Of a stretch of 64,000 bases of DNA, positions 1 to 9,852 are shown one piece after another. Below the pieces are notes generated by a model, which searched no databases, was not told the origin of the DNA, and saw nothing but the letters and a program-made list of their open reading frames with translations. The position numbers and the translations under genes are program-made. Source of the stretch: Candidatus Sumerlaeia bacterium (GTDB taxonomy: Bacteria; Sumerlaeota; Sumerlaeia; SLMS01; JANRJK01); assembly GCA_033764015.1 (NCBI GenBank), contig JANRJK010000013.1, positions 352,001 through 416,000 of the forward strand, given 5' to 3'. The stretch's first letter is position 1, and the number at the start of each line of letters is the position of its first letter.

Positions 1-3000
1 AGGCAGCGAACCGTCGTCGTTCGTCAGTGTCGATGTCCCGAGGCCGTCCAGGATAACCGCGTTCGTGGCATTCGTGAGGCTCACCGAAACCGACTCGTTC
101 AGTTCGAACTGCGAGTCCGTGACCACCGACAGGGAGATCGTCTCCGATGCGTCGGTCGGCACGAACGTCAGCGTGCCCGAGTAGGGCGGATTGAAGTCGC
201 TCGTATCGGCTGTGCCGCCAAGCGACCAGTTGACGGTCACATTGCCGGGGCCGGGGTTCGGGATGTCGAGCGTCACGGGGAACAGGAGGGTGTTGGAACC
301 GCCGGTTCCTTCCGGTCCGGCGGCGACATCGCCGATCGACATGATCGGCTGGCCCGCCACCGGGCGAACAAAGCCCAGCGCCGAGACCGTCGCATACCCG
401 CCCACGGGAGTGTCGAGATTCCCGACGTTCGTGCTCGCGCCCGTCGTGGTGTTCACCTCGTAGAGGTTGTTCGCGAAGCCATTGGCCGAGTCGTAGTTCG
501 ACACGTACAGTTTACCCGTCAGGTAGTCGAACTTCAGGTCCATGTTGATCGTCTGGTCGCTGGTGACGCCCATCGCTCCGACCAATGTCATCGTCGTGCC
601 GTTGATCCGGTAGAGCGAAGTGGCCCCCGCAGCCGACACATAGACCGTGTACAATGGCCCCGTGGCGGTCGCGTTGCTGGGGATCGCGAGCCCGTAGAAG
701 CGGCCGTTCTGCGGCGTGCCGTTGTTCGTGGCCGAGGCGACCGCGGTGAGTGCGCCGGTGGAGAGATTAATGGAGCGGATGTCGATGCCGCGGTTGCCGG
801 CGGCCGCCCCCGTGGTGTCCGTCGCGAGCACAAGCATCCGCCCAGCTCCCGAATTGAAGAACGGATCCCAGCAGATGCCCGTGAAGCGGTGGTTCGCGAT
901 TCCCGTCACCGTGGAGTTCGCCGTCTGCGCCCTCGTCACCGTGTTGAACGTTCGCAGGGTCACATTAGCCCCGTTGGTGGCGCTGTACGTGAGCGCGTAG
1001 AAGTTGCTGGCGTCGCTCCCGTTGAAGTCGCCGCCCTGGAAGTAGGTGGTCGCGTTGGACGCCGCGATAATGTTCAATTCCGTCGAGTAGCTCATGCTGC
1101 CCGCGATGTTGGACGGGTCGAAGGAGGCGAGACCCTCGAGGTCGTTGGTGGCGCCGGTGCCGGTGTCCGTGTTGATCGCGAAGGCGCGGGTCGGCGCCGG
1201 GGGAGTGTCATCGTTCTGGATCGTGCCCACGCCGGTGAGGTCTCCGGTGACCACCTCCCCGGTGATGCCTGAAAGGCTGACGTTGAACGTCTCGTTCGCC
1301 TCGAAGTCCGCGTCGCCGTTCACCACAACCGTGATGTTCTGCGTGGTCGCCGACGGGGCGAACACCACGGTTCCCGAGGCTGCCGTGTAGTCGACGCCGG
1401 CCGATGCCGTTCCGCCACCTGTCGAGTAGTTCGCGCTGATGCTGCCCGGTCCCGGGTTCGCGAAGGACAAGCTCACCGGGAACACGAGGTTCGTCGTTCC
1501 GCTGTTTCCTTCCGTGGCCGACACATCCGCGATGCTGATGGCCGGGGGGGTCGGGTCGTCGTTCTGGATGTTTCCCTGGCCCACCATGTCGCCCGCCGTC
1601 GCGGGGCCGGCCAGGTTCGAGAGCGTGACGTTGAACGTCTCGTCGGCCTCGAAGCTCGTGTCGCCGTTGATGGTGACGGAGACGTTCTTGAACTGCTCCG
1701 TGGGGAGGAAGGTGAGCGACCCGGACCCTGCCACGTAGTCCGAACCCGCCGTCGCGGAGCTGTTGGAAGTCGCCCAGTCGACCGTCACATTGCCCGGCCC
1801 CGGGTTCGGCGACGCCAGCGAGATGAGGAACGTCATCGATGTCGTCCCCGAGTTCCCTTCCGCCTGCGCCACGTCGTTGATGCTGATCGCGTCGCTGCCG
1901 CTGATCGTGTAGCTGAAGTTCGTGTTCGACATGTCCCAGTAGACGTTGCCGACCGCCTCGACCTTGATGCGCGCGGTGGTGCTGGTGCCGTTCGGCAGGG
2001 TGATCGACTGCGAACCGTCGTTCGGCGTGTTCGCCAGCAGCACCGTCGGGAAGGTGTTCCCGCCGTTCGTGGACAGCAGGATGTTCACGTTCGCCGTGCT
2101 GATCGGCGCCGCCGTCGTGTTGGCGACGTTCCAAGTAACGTTGACTGGGTTCGACGTGAAGTTGGCCGCGGTGTTGGGCGCGGTGACCGTGAACGGCCCG
2201 GCGGTTCCGACGACGTTGAGGAACATGCTGTCCGTTGCGACGCCGCCCCCGTTCGCGCGGTTGTCGCGCACGGTCAGCGTGAAGTCCATGCTGGGGCGGT
2301 TCAACGAGGCCATCATCTCGCCAAGCGTCGACGTGTTGTTGATGACATCGGAAAGGCGCGGGAAGGTGCGCGAGGGGCTTGTGGTCGGGGGGAACGAGCG
2401 CCAGAGCGGCTTGGTCCCGTTGTCCGCGGCGAGGGCCGAAGAAGTCGCCGCCTGCTGGTCGCGGCACTCCCAACTGTACGTGATCGAGTCGAGGTCCGCA
2501 TCCGCCCCTGTTCCGGTCAGCGTGAAGGGCGTGCTGATCGGGATCGCGAAATCGGCCCCCGCATTCGCCGTCGGGATTGTGTTCCCGGTAACCGTGGTGT
2601 CCTGACAAGCCTGGGTGCCGAGGTAGGCCACCATGCGCTCGATCGAATCGACGTGGAAATTCGGGTCGCTGTTAGCCTGGATGTTCTCCGAGGAGCAGAT
2701 GCCCGCGTAGCCCATGATCGTCGTGGCGCTGCCAGGCTCCTGGTTCGCCGGCGGGTCCATACCGCCGCACGCCGTCGCATTGCCGAAGGTGTGGCGACCG
2801 CCGTACTGGTGGCCCAGCTCGTGCGCGACGAAATCGATCGCGAACGGATCGCCGGTCGGACCGCCCGCCAAGCCTTCGGTGGAAGACATACCGCCACTGT
2901 TGGCCGCGAGGCAGATGTTGCCGATACCGCCGGCGATACCACCGCCGGCTCCCGTTACGAAGAGGTGCGAGACGTCCACCGTCGGGGCGACGGTGATCAG

Positions 3001-3954
3001 GGTGTTCACCTGCGCCTCGAGGGTGTTCACCTGGGCGGAGCTGACGTCGTTGCTGTAGGGGTCCGTGCCCGAGTTCGTGAAGATGGTGTTCGACGTGTTC
3101 GGGTGGAGGATCATGCGCACGTTGATGTCGCGCTCATAGACGGCGTTCACCTTGTTCACAACCGTTGTGATCGCCGAAAGCGTGGTGGGCACGGTCCCGC
3201 CGGTGGACGCGGCGTATTCGCCGGAGGTCGAGACGGCGAGGACGTAGTCGCGCCGGTTCGCGAGTGTGAGCGGGGCGCGGGACGTGCCGCCTTCCGATCC
3301 CTCGCCGCGGAGGGCGCGCCAAGCCTTCAGCGTCGGGTCGTCGTCGTCGTTCGTCGGAAGAGGCTCGCCGAGGCCGTTGAATGCACCCGTCTGGCAGCTC
3401 ATATCCACACCTTCCGGCTTCGGGAAGTCGGCGGTGTAGTAGGCGACGTACTCGTCAAGGCTGTCCTTGAAGATCGGGGTGACGAAGTACCGGCCCCCCT
3501 CGCCGAGGACCTGCGCGTTGAAGCCGAGATAGGTGGCGTCGAGGCGCACCGTGCGGGTCGCGTTCTCCACGCTGCGGCCGAGGTAGGTGCGGATTCCGGG
3601 GTACTTGGCAGCCAGCTCGGGATGCAGAAGCTGGTACTCCCAGATCTCGAACCGCTCGAACCCGCCGTCCGGAGTGGGCAGGTCGACTTCAAGCCCAGAG
3701 GAGACAGAGCGCTGGGCGCCGTCCATCGGAGCCTGAAGGAGGACATCGCGAAGCACATTGAAATCGGTTTCAAAGGCGGAGTGCTTTCCGGGCGTGAGCC
3801 AGGTGGCCCGGCGGGAAAGCTCGTGTCCGGTGTCGACGTGCTGCCAGAGCCCGTCGGGCGAGGGCGTCCACGCGAGGGCGGAGCTGGATAGGGCCAGCGA
3901 AGCCGCGGCGAGGGCGCACCTGCGGGCGGATGAAAAGCGCATAGCTGACTCCAT
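1..3954 (-). CDS. Secreted reprolysin-like (M12B-type) zinc metalloprotease with beta-propeller-like region and at least 3 Calx-beta domains; 3' end runs off the window
   Basis: Not in the ORF track because there is no stop in the window. Read manually: MESAMRFSSARRCALAAASLALSSSALA signal peptide; prodomain LPTPDGGFERF...LAAKYPGIRTY; zinc motif HELGHQYGGRH (~2790-2825); Met-turn EPGSATTIMGYAGIC; Calx-beta ends GNIQNDD, GTIQNDD, TLTNDD. Alternative start at 3942. Confidence 0.9.
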   Translation of the reverse strand, partial: MESAMRFSSARRCALAAASLALSSSALAWTPSPDGLWQHVDTGHELSRRATWLTPGKHSAFETDFNVLRDVLLQAPMDGAQRSVSSGLEVDLPTPDGGFERFEIWEYQLLHPELAAKYPGIRTYLGRSVENATRTVRLDATYLGFNAQVLGEGGRYFVTPIFKDSLDEYVAYYTADFPKPEGVDMSCQTGAFNGLGEPLPTNDDDDPTLKAWRALRGEGSEGGTSRAPLTLANRRDYVLAVSTSGEYAASTGGTVPTTLSAITTVVNKVNAVYERDINVRMILHPNTSNTIFTNSGTDPYSNDVSSAQVNTLEAQVNTLITVAPTVDVSHLFVTGAGGGIAGGIGNICLAANSGGMSSTEGLAGGPTGDPFAIDFVAHELGHQYGGRHTFGNATACGGMDPPANQEPGSATTIMGYAGICSSENIQANSDPNFHVDSIERMVAYLGTQACQDTTVTGNTIPTANAGADFAIPISTPFTLTGTGADADLDSITYSWECRDQQAATSSALAADNGTKPLWRSFPPTTSPSRTFPRLSDVINNTSTLGEMMASLNRPSMDFTLTVRDNRANGGGVATDSMFLNVVGTAGPFTVTAPNTAANFTSNPVNVTWNVANTTAAPISTANVNILLSTNGGNTFPTVLLANTPNDGSQSITLPNGTSTTARIKVEAVGNVYWDMSNTNFSYTISGSDAISINDVAQAEGNSGTTSMTFLISLASPNPGPGNVTVDWATSNSSATAGSDYVAGSGSLTFLPTEQFKNVSVTINGDTSFEADETFNVTLSNLAGPATAGDMVGQGNIQNDDPTPPAISIADVSATEGNSGTTNLVFPVSLSFANPGPGSISANYSTGGGTASAGVDYTAASGTVVFAPSATTQNITVVVNGDADFEANETFNVSLSGITGEVVTGDLTGVGTIQNDDTPPAPTRAFAINTDTGTGATNDLEGLASFDPSNIAGSMSYSTELNIIAASNATTYFQGGDFNGSDASNFYALTYSATNGANVTLRTFNTVTRAQTANSTVTGIANHRFTGICWDPFFNSGAGRMLVLATDTTGAAAGNRGIDIRSINLSTGALTAVASATNNGTPQNGRFYGLAIPSNATATGPLYTVYVSAAGATSLYRINGTTMTLVGAMGVTSDQTINMDLKFDYLTGKLYVSNYDSANGFANNLYEVNTTTGASTNVGNLDTPVGGYATVSALGFVRPVAGQPIMSIGDVAAGPEGTGGSNTLLFPVTLDIPNPGPGNVTVNWSLGGTADTSDFNPPYSGTLTFVPTDASETISLSVVTDSQFELNESVSVSLTNATNAVILDGLGTSTLTNDDGSLP

Positions 3955-4104
3955 AGGCTAGGGGATGGGTCGTGTCCGGTCGGGGGACCGGGCGCGGCCA
4001 ACGGGATGGGGTTCTTTGCCCGTCAATGCAACAGGGTGGGTAACGAATCCCCGCCCTTCAATCCCAAAAGCGACCCATTGGGCAGAAACTTACCATGAAG
4101 CGAG

Positions 4105-4138
4105 ATGCGCCCGCCGGATCTCAACCCGGCGGGCGCAT
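4105..4138 (-). terminator. Hairpin downstream of pdhC (probable terminator)
   Basis: Inverted repeat atgcgcccgccgg...ccggcgggcgcat about 25 nt after the pdhC stop. Confidence 0.6.
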
Positions 4139-4164
4139 GTCCAACTGTTCAACACACTAAAAAC

Positions 4165-5511
4165 TTACAATACCAGCAGGAACGGATCCTCGAGCGTCGC
4201 CTTCAGGTCCGCCAAGTACTTCGCGCCAACCGCGCCGTCGATCACACGGTGGTCGCAAGACATGGTGATGCTGAACGCCTTGCCCGGGACCATCTTGCCG
4301 TCCTCGACGAACACGCGGTCCTCGACCGCGCCGATGGCGAGGATGCTCGACTCCGGCGGGTTGATGATCGCGGTGAAGAAGCTGATCGGGTACATTCCGA
4401 GGTTCGAGATCGTCTGCACGCCGCCCGTCATCTCCTCCGGCTTAAGCCGCCGCTCGCGGGCGCGGCCCACGATCTCGGCCATTTCCGAGACGATCTGTAG
4501 CAGACCCTTCGCCTGCACGTCGCGGAGCACCGGCGTCACGAGGCCGTCCGGCGCCGCGACCGCCACCGAGATGTGCGCCGAAGGCAGCCGGCGGAGCTTG
4601 TCGCCCGCCCACTGCGTCCGGATCTCCGGGTGCCGCATCGCGAGCTGCGCCATCGCCTTCACAAGGAAGTGCGTCGGCGTCACCTTCACGTCCTTGTAAG
4701 CCTCGCGGATCTTGCGCTGCGCCTCGATGAGCCGCTCGGCGCGCACCACGACATCGAGCTGGAAGTGCGGCACCTGCGTCTTCGACTCGACGAGGCGCTG
4801 CGCGATGATGCGGCGGACGTTCGAAAGAGGAAGCTCTTCAACCTCGCCGCCCACTTGGAAGTTATAGGCGGTGAACGCGGCGGCGGGCGCGGAGGCCGCT
4901 GGAGCCGCGGCGAGAGCCGTCTCGACATCGCGCTTGATGATGCGCCCGGAGGGGCCGCTGCCGGCGACCGAGGCCAGGTCGACGCCCGCCTCCTTCGCCA
5001 GCTTCTTGGCGAGCGGCGAGGCGACCACGCGGCCGCTTCCGTTAGCAGCCTTGGCCGCGGCGGGAGCCGGGGGCGGCGCGGGCGCCGCCTTCGGGGCCGG
5101 TGCGGGGGCCGCCTTCGGCGCGGGTGCCGCGGGCTTCGCCGGGGCAGGGGCGGGAGCTCGGTTGCGTCCGCCCGATGCCGGCGCGGCGGGGGCCTTGGGG
5201 GCCTCCTTCGGGGCTTCGGCGGCGGCACCGCCACCTGCCGTGACCTTCGCAAGCAGTTCGGAAATGTCCTCGTCCGCCTTGCCCACGATCGCGAGCGCGG
5301 AGCCGACCGGGATCTTCGACCCCTCCTTCGCGACGAGCTTCCTGATCACGCCCGCCTCGAAGGTCTCGTGCTCCATCACCGCCTTGTCGGTTTCGACCTC
5401 GGCGATGATCTGGTTCACCTTGATGGTATCGCCCTCCTTCACCTTCCACTTCACGAGGGTCCCCTCGCTCATGGTGGGGGAGAGCTGCAGCAGTTCGACA
5501 ATCGACGCCAT
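4165..5511 (-). CDS. pdhC: Pyruvate dehydrogenase E2, dihydrolipoamide acetyltransferase
   Basis: Lipoyl motif ETDKA, Ala/Pro linker, E3-binding ASPLAKKLA...GSGPSGRI, catalytic DHRVIDG. Confidence 0.96.
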   Translation of the reverse strand: MASIVELLQLSPTMSEGTLVKWKVKEGDTIKVNQIIAEVETDKAVMEHETFEAGVIRKLVAKEGSKIPVGSALAIVGKADEDISELLAKVTAGGGAAAEAPKEAPKAPAAPASGGRNRAPAPAPAKPAAPAPKAAPAPAPKAAPAPPPAPAAAKAANGSGRVVASPLAKKLAKEAGVDLASVAGSGPSGRIIKRDVETALAAAPAASAPAAAFTAYNFQVGGEVEELPLSNVRRIIAQRLVESKTQVPHFQLDVVVRAERLIEAQRKIREAYKDVKVTPTHFLVKAMAQLAMRHPEIRTQWAGDKLRRLPSAHISVAVAAPDGLVTPVLRDVQAKGLLQIVSEMAEIVGRARERRLKPEEMTGGVQTISNLGMYPISFFTAIINPPESSILAIGAVEDRVFVEDGKMVPGKAFSITMSCDHRVIDGAVGAKYLADLKATLEDPFLLVL

Positions 5512-5562
5512 GGGTTCTGTTGCCGGTCCTTTCGCGTCACGTCCGCGCGGGGCGGGGGAGTG

Positions 5563-6555
5563 TTAGATGTAGAGAACCTTGCGGACCGCCTCCACGACGG
5601 TGGCCGCCGAGGGGATCACCTCCTCCTCGAGGTTCGACGCGTAGGGCATCGGAACGTCGAGGTGGCTCACGCGCTCGATCGGCGCGTCGAGGTGGTCGAA
5701 GGCGTTCGCGTACACCTGCTCGCAGATCCACGCCCCGACGCTCGCCTGCGGCCAAGACTCCTCGACCAGCACCATGCGGTTCGTCTTGCGGACCGAGGCG
5801 AGGATCGTCGGCAGGTCCAGCGGACGCAGCGTGCGCGGATCGACGACCTCCACGCTGATGCCTTCCGATTCGAGCTGCTCGACCGCCGGCAGGACCGCGT
5901 GCGTGAGCATCCGGCCGTAGGTCACGATGGTGACGTCGGTGCCGGGGCGCTTCACCTCGGCGACGCCCATCGGGATCATCATGTGCTCGCCGTACTCGAC
6001 CTCGTCCTTGAAGTTGTAGAGCTTCTCGGACTCCATGAAGATCACCGGATCCGGGTCGCGGACCGCGGTCTTCAGCATCGAGTACGCGTCCTGCGGCGTG
6101 GAGGGCATCATCACCTTCAGGCCCGGGATGTGGACGTACTGCTGCTCGAGCGCCTGGCTGTGCTGCGAGCCGAGCGCGCCGCCGGCGCCCTGGGGGCCGC
6201 GGACCACGATCGGGCAGCGGAGCTGGCCCGCCGACATGTAGCGGTACTTCGCCGCGTGGTTGATGATCTGGTCCAGCGCGAGGATCGAGAAGTTGAACGT
6301 CATCACTTCGATGATGGGGCGCAGGTCGGCGGTCGCGGCGCCGATGCCGAGGCCCACGAAGGACGCCTCGGTGATCGGCGAGTCGATCACGCGCTTCTCG
6401 CCGAAGCGCTCGTAGAGCCCTTCGCTCACCTTGTAGGCGCCCTTGTAGATGCCCACCTCCTCGCCCATCAGGAACACGCGCTCGTCGCGTTCCATCTCCT
6501 CCGCCAGCGCCCGGTTGAGCGCCTCGCGCATCGAGCGGATTTCACGGTCTGCCAT
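5563..6555 (-). CDS. pdhB: Pyruvate dehydrogenase E1 beta subunit
   Basis: GEEVG.YKGAYKVS, DSPITE, EVMTFNF, GSQHSQ; lies between E1 alpha and E2. Confidence 0.96.
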   Translation of the reverse strand: MADREIRSMREALNRALAEEMERDERVFLMGEEVGIYKGAYKVSEGLYERFGEKRVIDSPITEASFVGLGIGAATADLRPIIEVMTFNFSILALDQIINHAAKYRYMSAGQLRCPIVVRGPQGAGGALGSQHSQALEQQYVHIPGLKVMMPSTPQDAYSMLKTAVRDPDPVIFMESEKLYNFKDEVEYGEHMMIPMGVAEVKRPGTDVTIVTYGRMLTHAVLPAVEQLESEGISVEVVDPRTLRPLDLPTILASVRKTNRMVLVEESWPQASVGAWICEQVYANAFDHLDAPIERVSHLDVPMPYASNLEEEVIPSAATVVEAVRKVLYI

Positions 6556-6621
6556 GGATCGAATCTCCGGGGATTTTTCGGTCGCGGTCTGGGGTTGCGG
6601 CTACCGGCGCGGCGCGCCGTT

Positions 6622-7755
6622 TCACATGTCGTAATGGTATTCGTACGGGTGCTTCGAGACCGACGCGTCCGGGTAGCCCGGGCAGTCGACGTATACGTGC
6701 GTCCAGATCTCCTCGAGGGGGGGCAGATCGGCCTCGACGGAGAACTGCACCGCGTCCTCGACCTCCGCAGCGATCTCCGCCTCGAGCTTCTCGACGACCG
6801 CGTCCGTCAGCAGGTCCGGGTGGCGGCTGCGCAGCTTCAGCATCGGGTCGCGCTGCTCCCACGTGGAAACCTCGTTGGGCGTGCGGTACGTGGTGGCGGG
6901 GTCGGACATCGAGTGGCCGCGGTAGCGGTAGGTGATCGCCTCGATGAAGCAGGGGCGTCCTTCCGTGCGCGCGCGCTCGGCCGCTTCCTTCGTCACCGAA
7001 TACATCTCCTCCACGCACATGCCGTCGCAGCGGATGCCGTCCATGCGGTACGCCTCCGCCGTGCGGCGGTAGAGGTCCGGCACCGCGCAGGAGCGCGACG
7101 TGAGCGTGCCCATGCCGACCTGATTGTTCTCGCAGATGTAGACCACCGGCAGGTTCCACAGCGACGCCATGTTCGCGCTCTCGTGGAAGACGCCCTGGTT
7201 GAAGGCGGCGTCGCCGAAGTAGCAGACGGTGACCGCCGGCTCGTTGCGGTAGGCGGAGGCGAACGCCATTCCCGCCGCCAGCGGGATCTGCCCGCCGACG
7301 ATGCCGTGGCCGCCGAAGAAGCGGTTCTTCCCGTGGAAGAGGTGCATCGAGCCGCCCTTCCCCTTCGTGCCGCCGGGGTACTTCATGTAAAGTTCGGCCA
7401 TCACCTCGCGGGAGGAGAGCCCGCGGGCCAGCGCGTGGGCGTGGTCGCGGTACGCGGTGATGATGTAGTCCTGCGCCTCGAGCGCCGCGATGGAGCCCGA
7501 CGCGACCGCCTCCTGCCCGATGTACAGGTGGCAGAAGCCCTTGATCTTGCCCTTGCGGTACTCCTGGCCGCAGCGCTCCTCGAAGCGCCGCATCAGCAGC
7601 ATCTCGCGGAACTTCTCGACGACCTTGTCCTTGGGGAAGGCGTGCTTCAGGTACTCGCGGGCGAACTTGCCGTCGCGGTTCGCGGGATCGCCGAACAGGT
7701 CGATCGACTGCGCGGGGGTCTTCGACGGGGCGGCGGAATTGATCAGGAGTGACAT
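6622..7755 (-). CDS. pdhA: Pyruvate dehydrogenase E1 alpha subunit
   Basis: GFCHLYIGQEA, GKGGSMH, TPP motif GDAA...ENN, YRYRGHSMSDP; start taken at MSLLINS (7755). Confidence 0.95.
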   Translation of the reverse strand: MSLLINSAAPSKTPAQSIDLFGDPANRDGKFAREYLKHAFPKDKVVEKFREMLLMRRFEERCGQEYRKGKIKGFCHLYIGQEAVASGSIAALEAQDYIITAYRDHAHALARGLSSREVMAELYMKYPGGTKGKGGSMHLFHGKNRFFGGHGIVGGQIPLAAGMAFASAYRNEPAVTVCYFGDAAFNQGVFHESANMASLWNLPVVYICENNQVGMGTLTSRSCAVPDLYRRTAEAYRMDGIRCDGMCVEEMYSVTKEAAERARTEGRPCFIEAITYRYRGHSMSDPATTYRTPNEVSTWEQRDPMLKLRSRHPDLLTDAVVEKLEAEIAAEVEDAVQFSVEADLPPLEEIWTHVYVDCPGYPDASVSKHPYEYHYDM

Positions 7756-7971
7756 CGGGGATCGGCCAGTCGGTGGGGAATTGCGCCGTTCGCTCGGCGC
7801 CAGAGCGTTTTCCCGGGCGGTCCCGGGCGGGCGCAAGATAAAGCAAAGCTCCTGCCGCGAGGGCCCCGCCGGCCCGGCCTTACCGTTTGACCCGACCCCC
7901 CGAGGCGCGCGTGATGGTCCGACAACGGCAGCAATTCCAGACACTTTCCCGAGCGCGAAGGAGACACCGCC

Positions 7972-8259
7972 ATGGCGGCGCCGAATCCCAGCCACAAGTA
8001 CATCACGCTCCAAATCCAGACCTTCTACCACAGCCTTCGCGTCCTCGCCGAGCGGGGATCCGCCAGCGACCCCGCCGGCGACGAGATCGTCTCCCTCTAC
8101 AACCAGCTCCGCAACAAGGTGCTCGAGCGCATGGGCGCCGACCGCGACCTCGTTGTGGTGCCCGAGCTCTCCCCCAAGGCCACCGTGGTCACCGCCTTCG
8201 CCATGGCGCACCAGCTCTATGTGCTCCTCGAAAAGCACACCAACGAGATGTCCGCCTAA
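7972..8259 (+). CDS. Hypothetical protein (95 aa)
   Basis: AAGGAG RBS upstream, host-like codon usage, divergent from pdhA; no recognised motif. Confidence 0.75.
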   Translation: MAAPNPSHKYITLQIQTFYHSLRVLAERGSASDPAGDEIVSLYNQLRNKVLERMGADRDLVVVPELSPKATVVTAFAMAHQLYVLLEKHTNEMSA

Positions 8260-8476
8260 GCGCGCGCGCCCACCCGGCAAGCTCTTGCGCGGCGCCCCTT
8301 CCGGGGCGCCGCGTTCTGTTTCCGGCCTACCGCCGGAGCAGCACCCACAGCGCCAGCAGCGCCAGCGCCGCCAGGAACAGCGGGCCGAGCCCCCGCGTCG
8401 CCGCCTTGTAGTCCTTATCGACCGCCATCGCGCGCCGCCCCTTGCCAAATCCGCTCCGCACGGATCAAGTCGCCCC

Positions 8477-9778
8477 ATGGAACCGCATGGCAAGCCGAGC
8501 CCGCCGCCGCGCCCCGTCCCCGCCGCCGACGCCCGCTGGCTCATCGGAATCCAGCGCCGCACCTTCCTGCCGCTCAAGCTCGCCATCGCGCTCCTTTGCC
8601 TCGCGCTCTGGCAGTGGTCCCGGGGATGGCTCGCGCCTTCCCCCGCGGCGTTCGGGGTCTTCTTCGTCTACGCGGCGTTCCTCGCCGCCGAGGCCTACTT
8701 CCTCATCGCCGACCGCGTCCCCGCGGAGCAGGCCCGCGCCGCCGCGTGGTGCTCGTACCTGCTCGATATCGCCTTCATCACGGCGCTGACGCTGCTCGAC
8801 TGGGCCGAACCCGCCCTCGGGCGGCCGGACTCCGTCGGGTTCAACATGCTTTACGTGCCGATGCTCCTCCGCGGCGTCGCGTTGTTCCGCTCCCGCCCCG
8901 GCACCCTCGCCGCAACGGGCGTCCTCGGCCTGCTCTTCCTCGCCACCTCGCTCGTCGAACTCCGGGGCGCGGACCTGATCGAGGTGCAGGAGGCGGGACT
9001 GCGCTTCGCGCTCGTGGGCTTCGTCCTGTTCCTCAGCCTCGTCGTCGTCGATCTGGTGCGCCGCCAGCAGGACGAGATCGCGGGCGCCCGCGAACGCCTG
9101 GCCCGGAGCGAGGGCCTCGCCCAGGTCGGCGAACTCGCGGCCGGCGTCGCCCACGAGATCAACAACCCCATCGGCATCATCTCCACCTACGCCGAATACC
9201 TGCTGCGGCTGCCCGAGTGCCCCAACCGAGAGGACATCGAGCAGATCCGCGCGGAGGCGAAGCGCTGCGAAGCCATCGTCGCCCGCCTCCTCGATTTCGC
9301 GCGCCCCAGCGTCGCCAAGCTGGAGCGCATCGCCCCCGCGGAGCTGCTCGCGGAACTGCGCGAATTCCTCCTCCTCGACAAGGCGTCTCAGATCCCCGTG
9401 GAACTCCGCGCGGAGGAGGGCCTGCCGCCGCTGCTCGGCGACAAGGCGCTGCTCCGGCAGGCGCTGCTCAACTGCGCGCTCAACGCGCGCCAGGCGCAGG
9501 CGGAGGCCGGCACCGCGTCGCCGATGGTCCAGCTCGCGGCCGAGCGCGACGCGGGCGGCGTCCGCCTCGCCATCCGCGACCGCGGCCCCGGCGTGCCACG
9601 CCACGAGGCGGACCGGCTGTTCGACCCATTCTACACGACGCGCGAGAAGGGCACCGGCCTCGGCCTCGCCATCGCACGCCGCATCGCCGAGTCCCACGGC
9701 GGCGCGCTCGCGCTCCGCAACCGAGGGGACGGACCCGGCGCCGAGGCGATCCTCACGCTGCCCGCCGCGCCCCCCTGA
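8477..9778 (+). CDS. Membrane sensor histidine kinase (NtrB/PilS-like)
   Basis: About 6 hydrophobic segments, H-box AHEINNP, N-box LNCALNA, G1 DRGPG, FDPFYTT, G2 GTGLGL. Confidence 0.92.
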   Translation: MEPHGKPSPPPRPVPAADARWLIGIQRRTFLPLKLAIALLCLALWQWSRGWLAPSPAAFGVFFVYAAFLAAEAYFLIADRVPAEQARAAAWCSYLLDIAFITALTLLDWAEPALGRPDSVGFNMLYVPMLLRGVALFRSRPGTLAATGVLGLLFLATSLVELRGADLIEVQEAGLRFALVGFVLFLSLVVVDLVRRQQDEIAGARERLARSEGLAQVGELAAGVAHEINNPIGIISTYAEYLLRLPECPNREDIEQIRAEAKRCEAIVARLLDFARPSVAKLERIAPAELLAELREFLLLDKASQIPVELRAEEGLPPLLGDKALLRQALLNCALNARQAQAEAGTASPMVQLAAERDAGGVRLAIRDRGPGVPRHEADRLFDPFYTTREKGTGLGLAIARRIAESHGGALALRNRGDGPGAEAILTLPAAPP

Positions 9779-9852
9779 GCAGCTCCCGATTGCCCGATCC
9801 GCGCCGGGTGGCAGAATCGTCGCGCAGCCCACTCCAACCAACGGATCGACCC

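Noticed and set aside
4573..7752. 1059-aa plus-strand ORF and similar long ORFs (2653-3891, 17691-20846, 21595-23052, 52703-55297)
   Set aside because: Antisense or alternate-frame shadows of clear genes in high-GC DNA; Arg/Gly/Ala-rich with no motifs.
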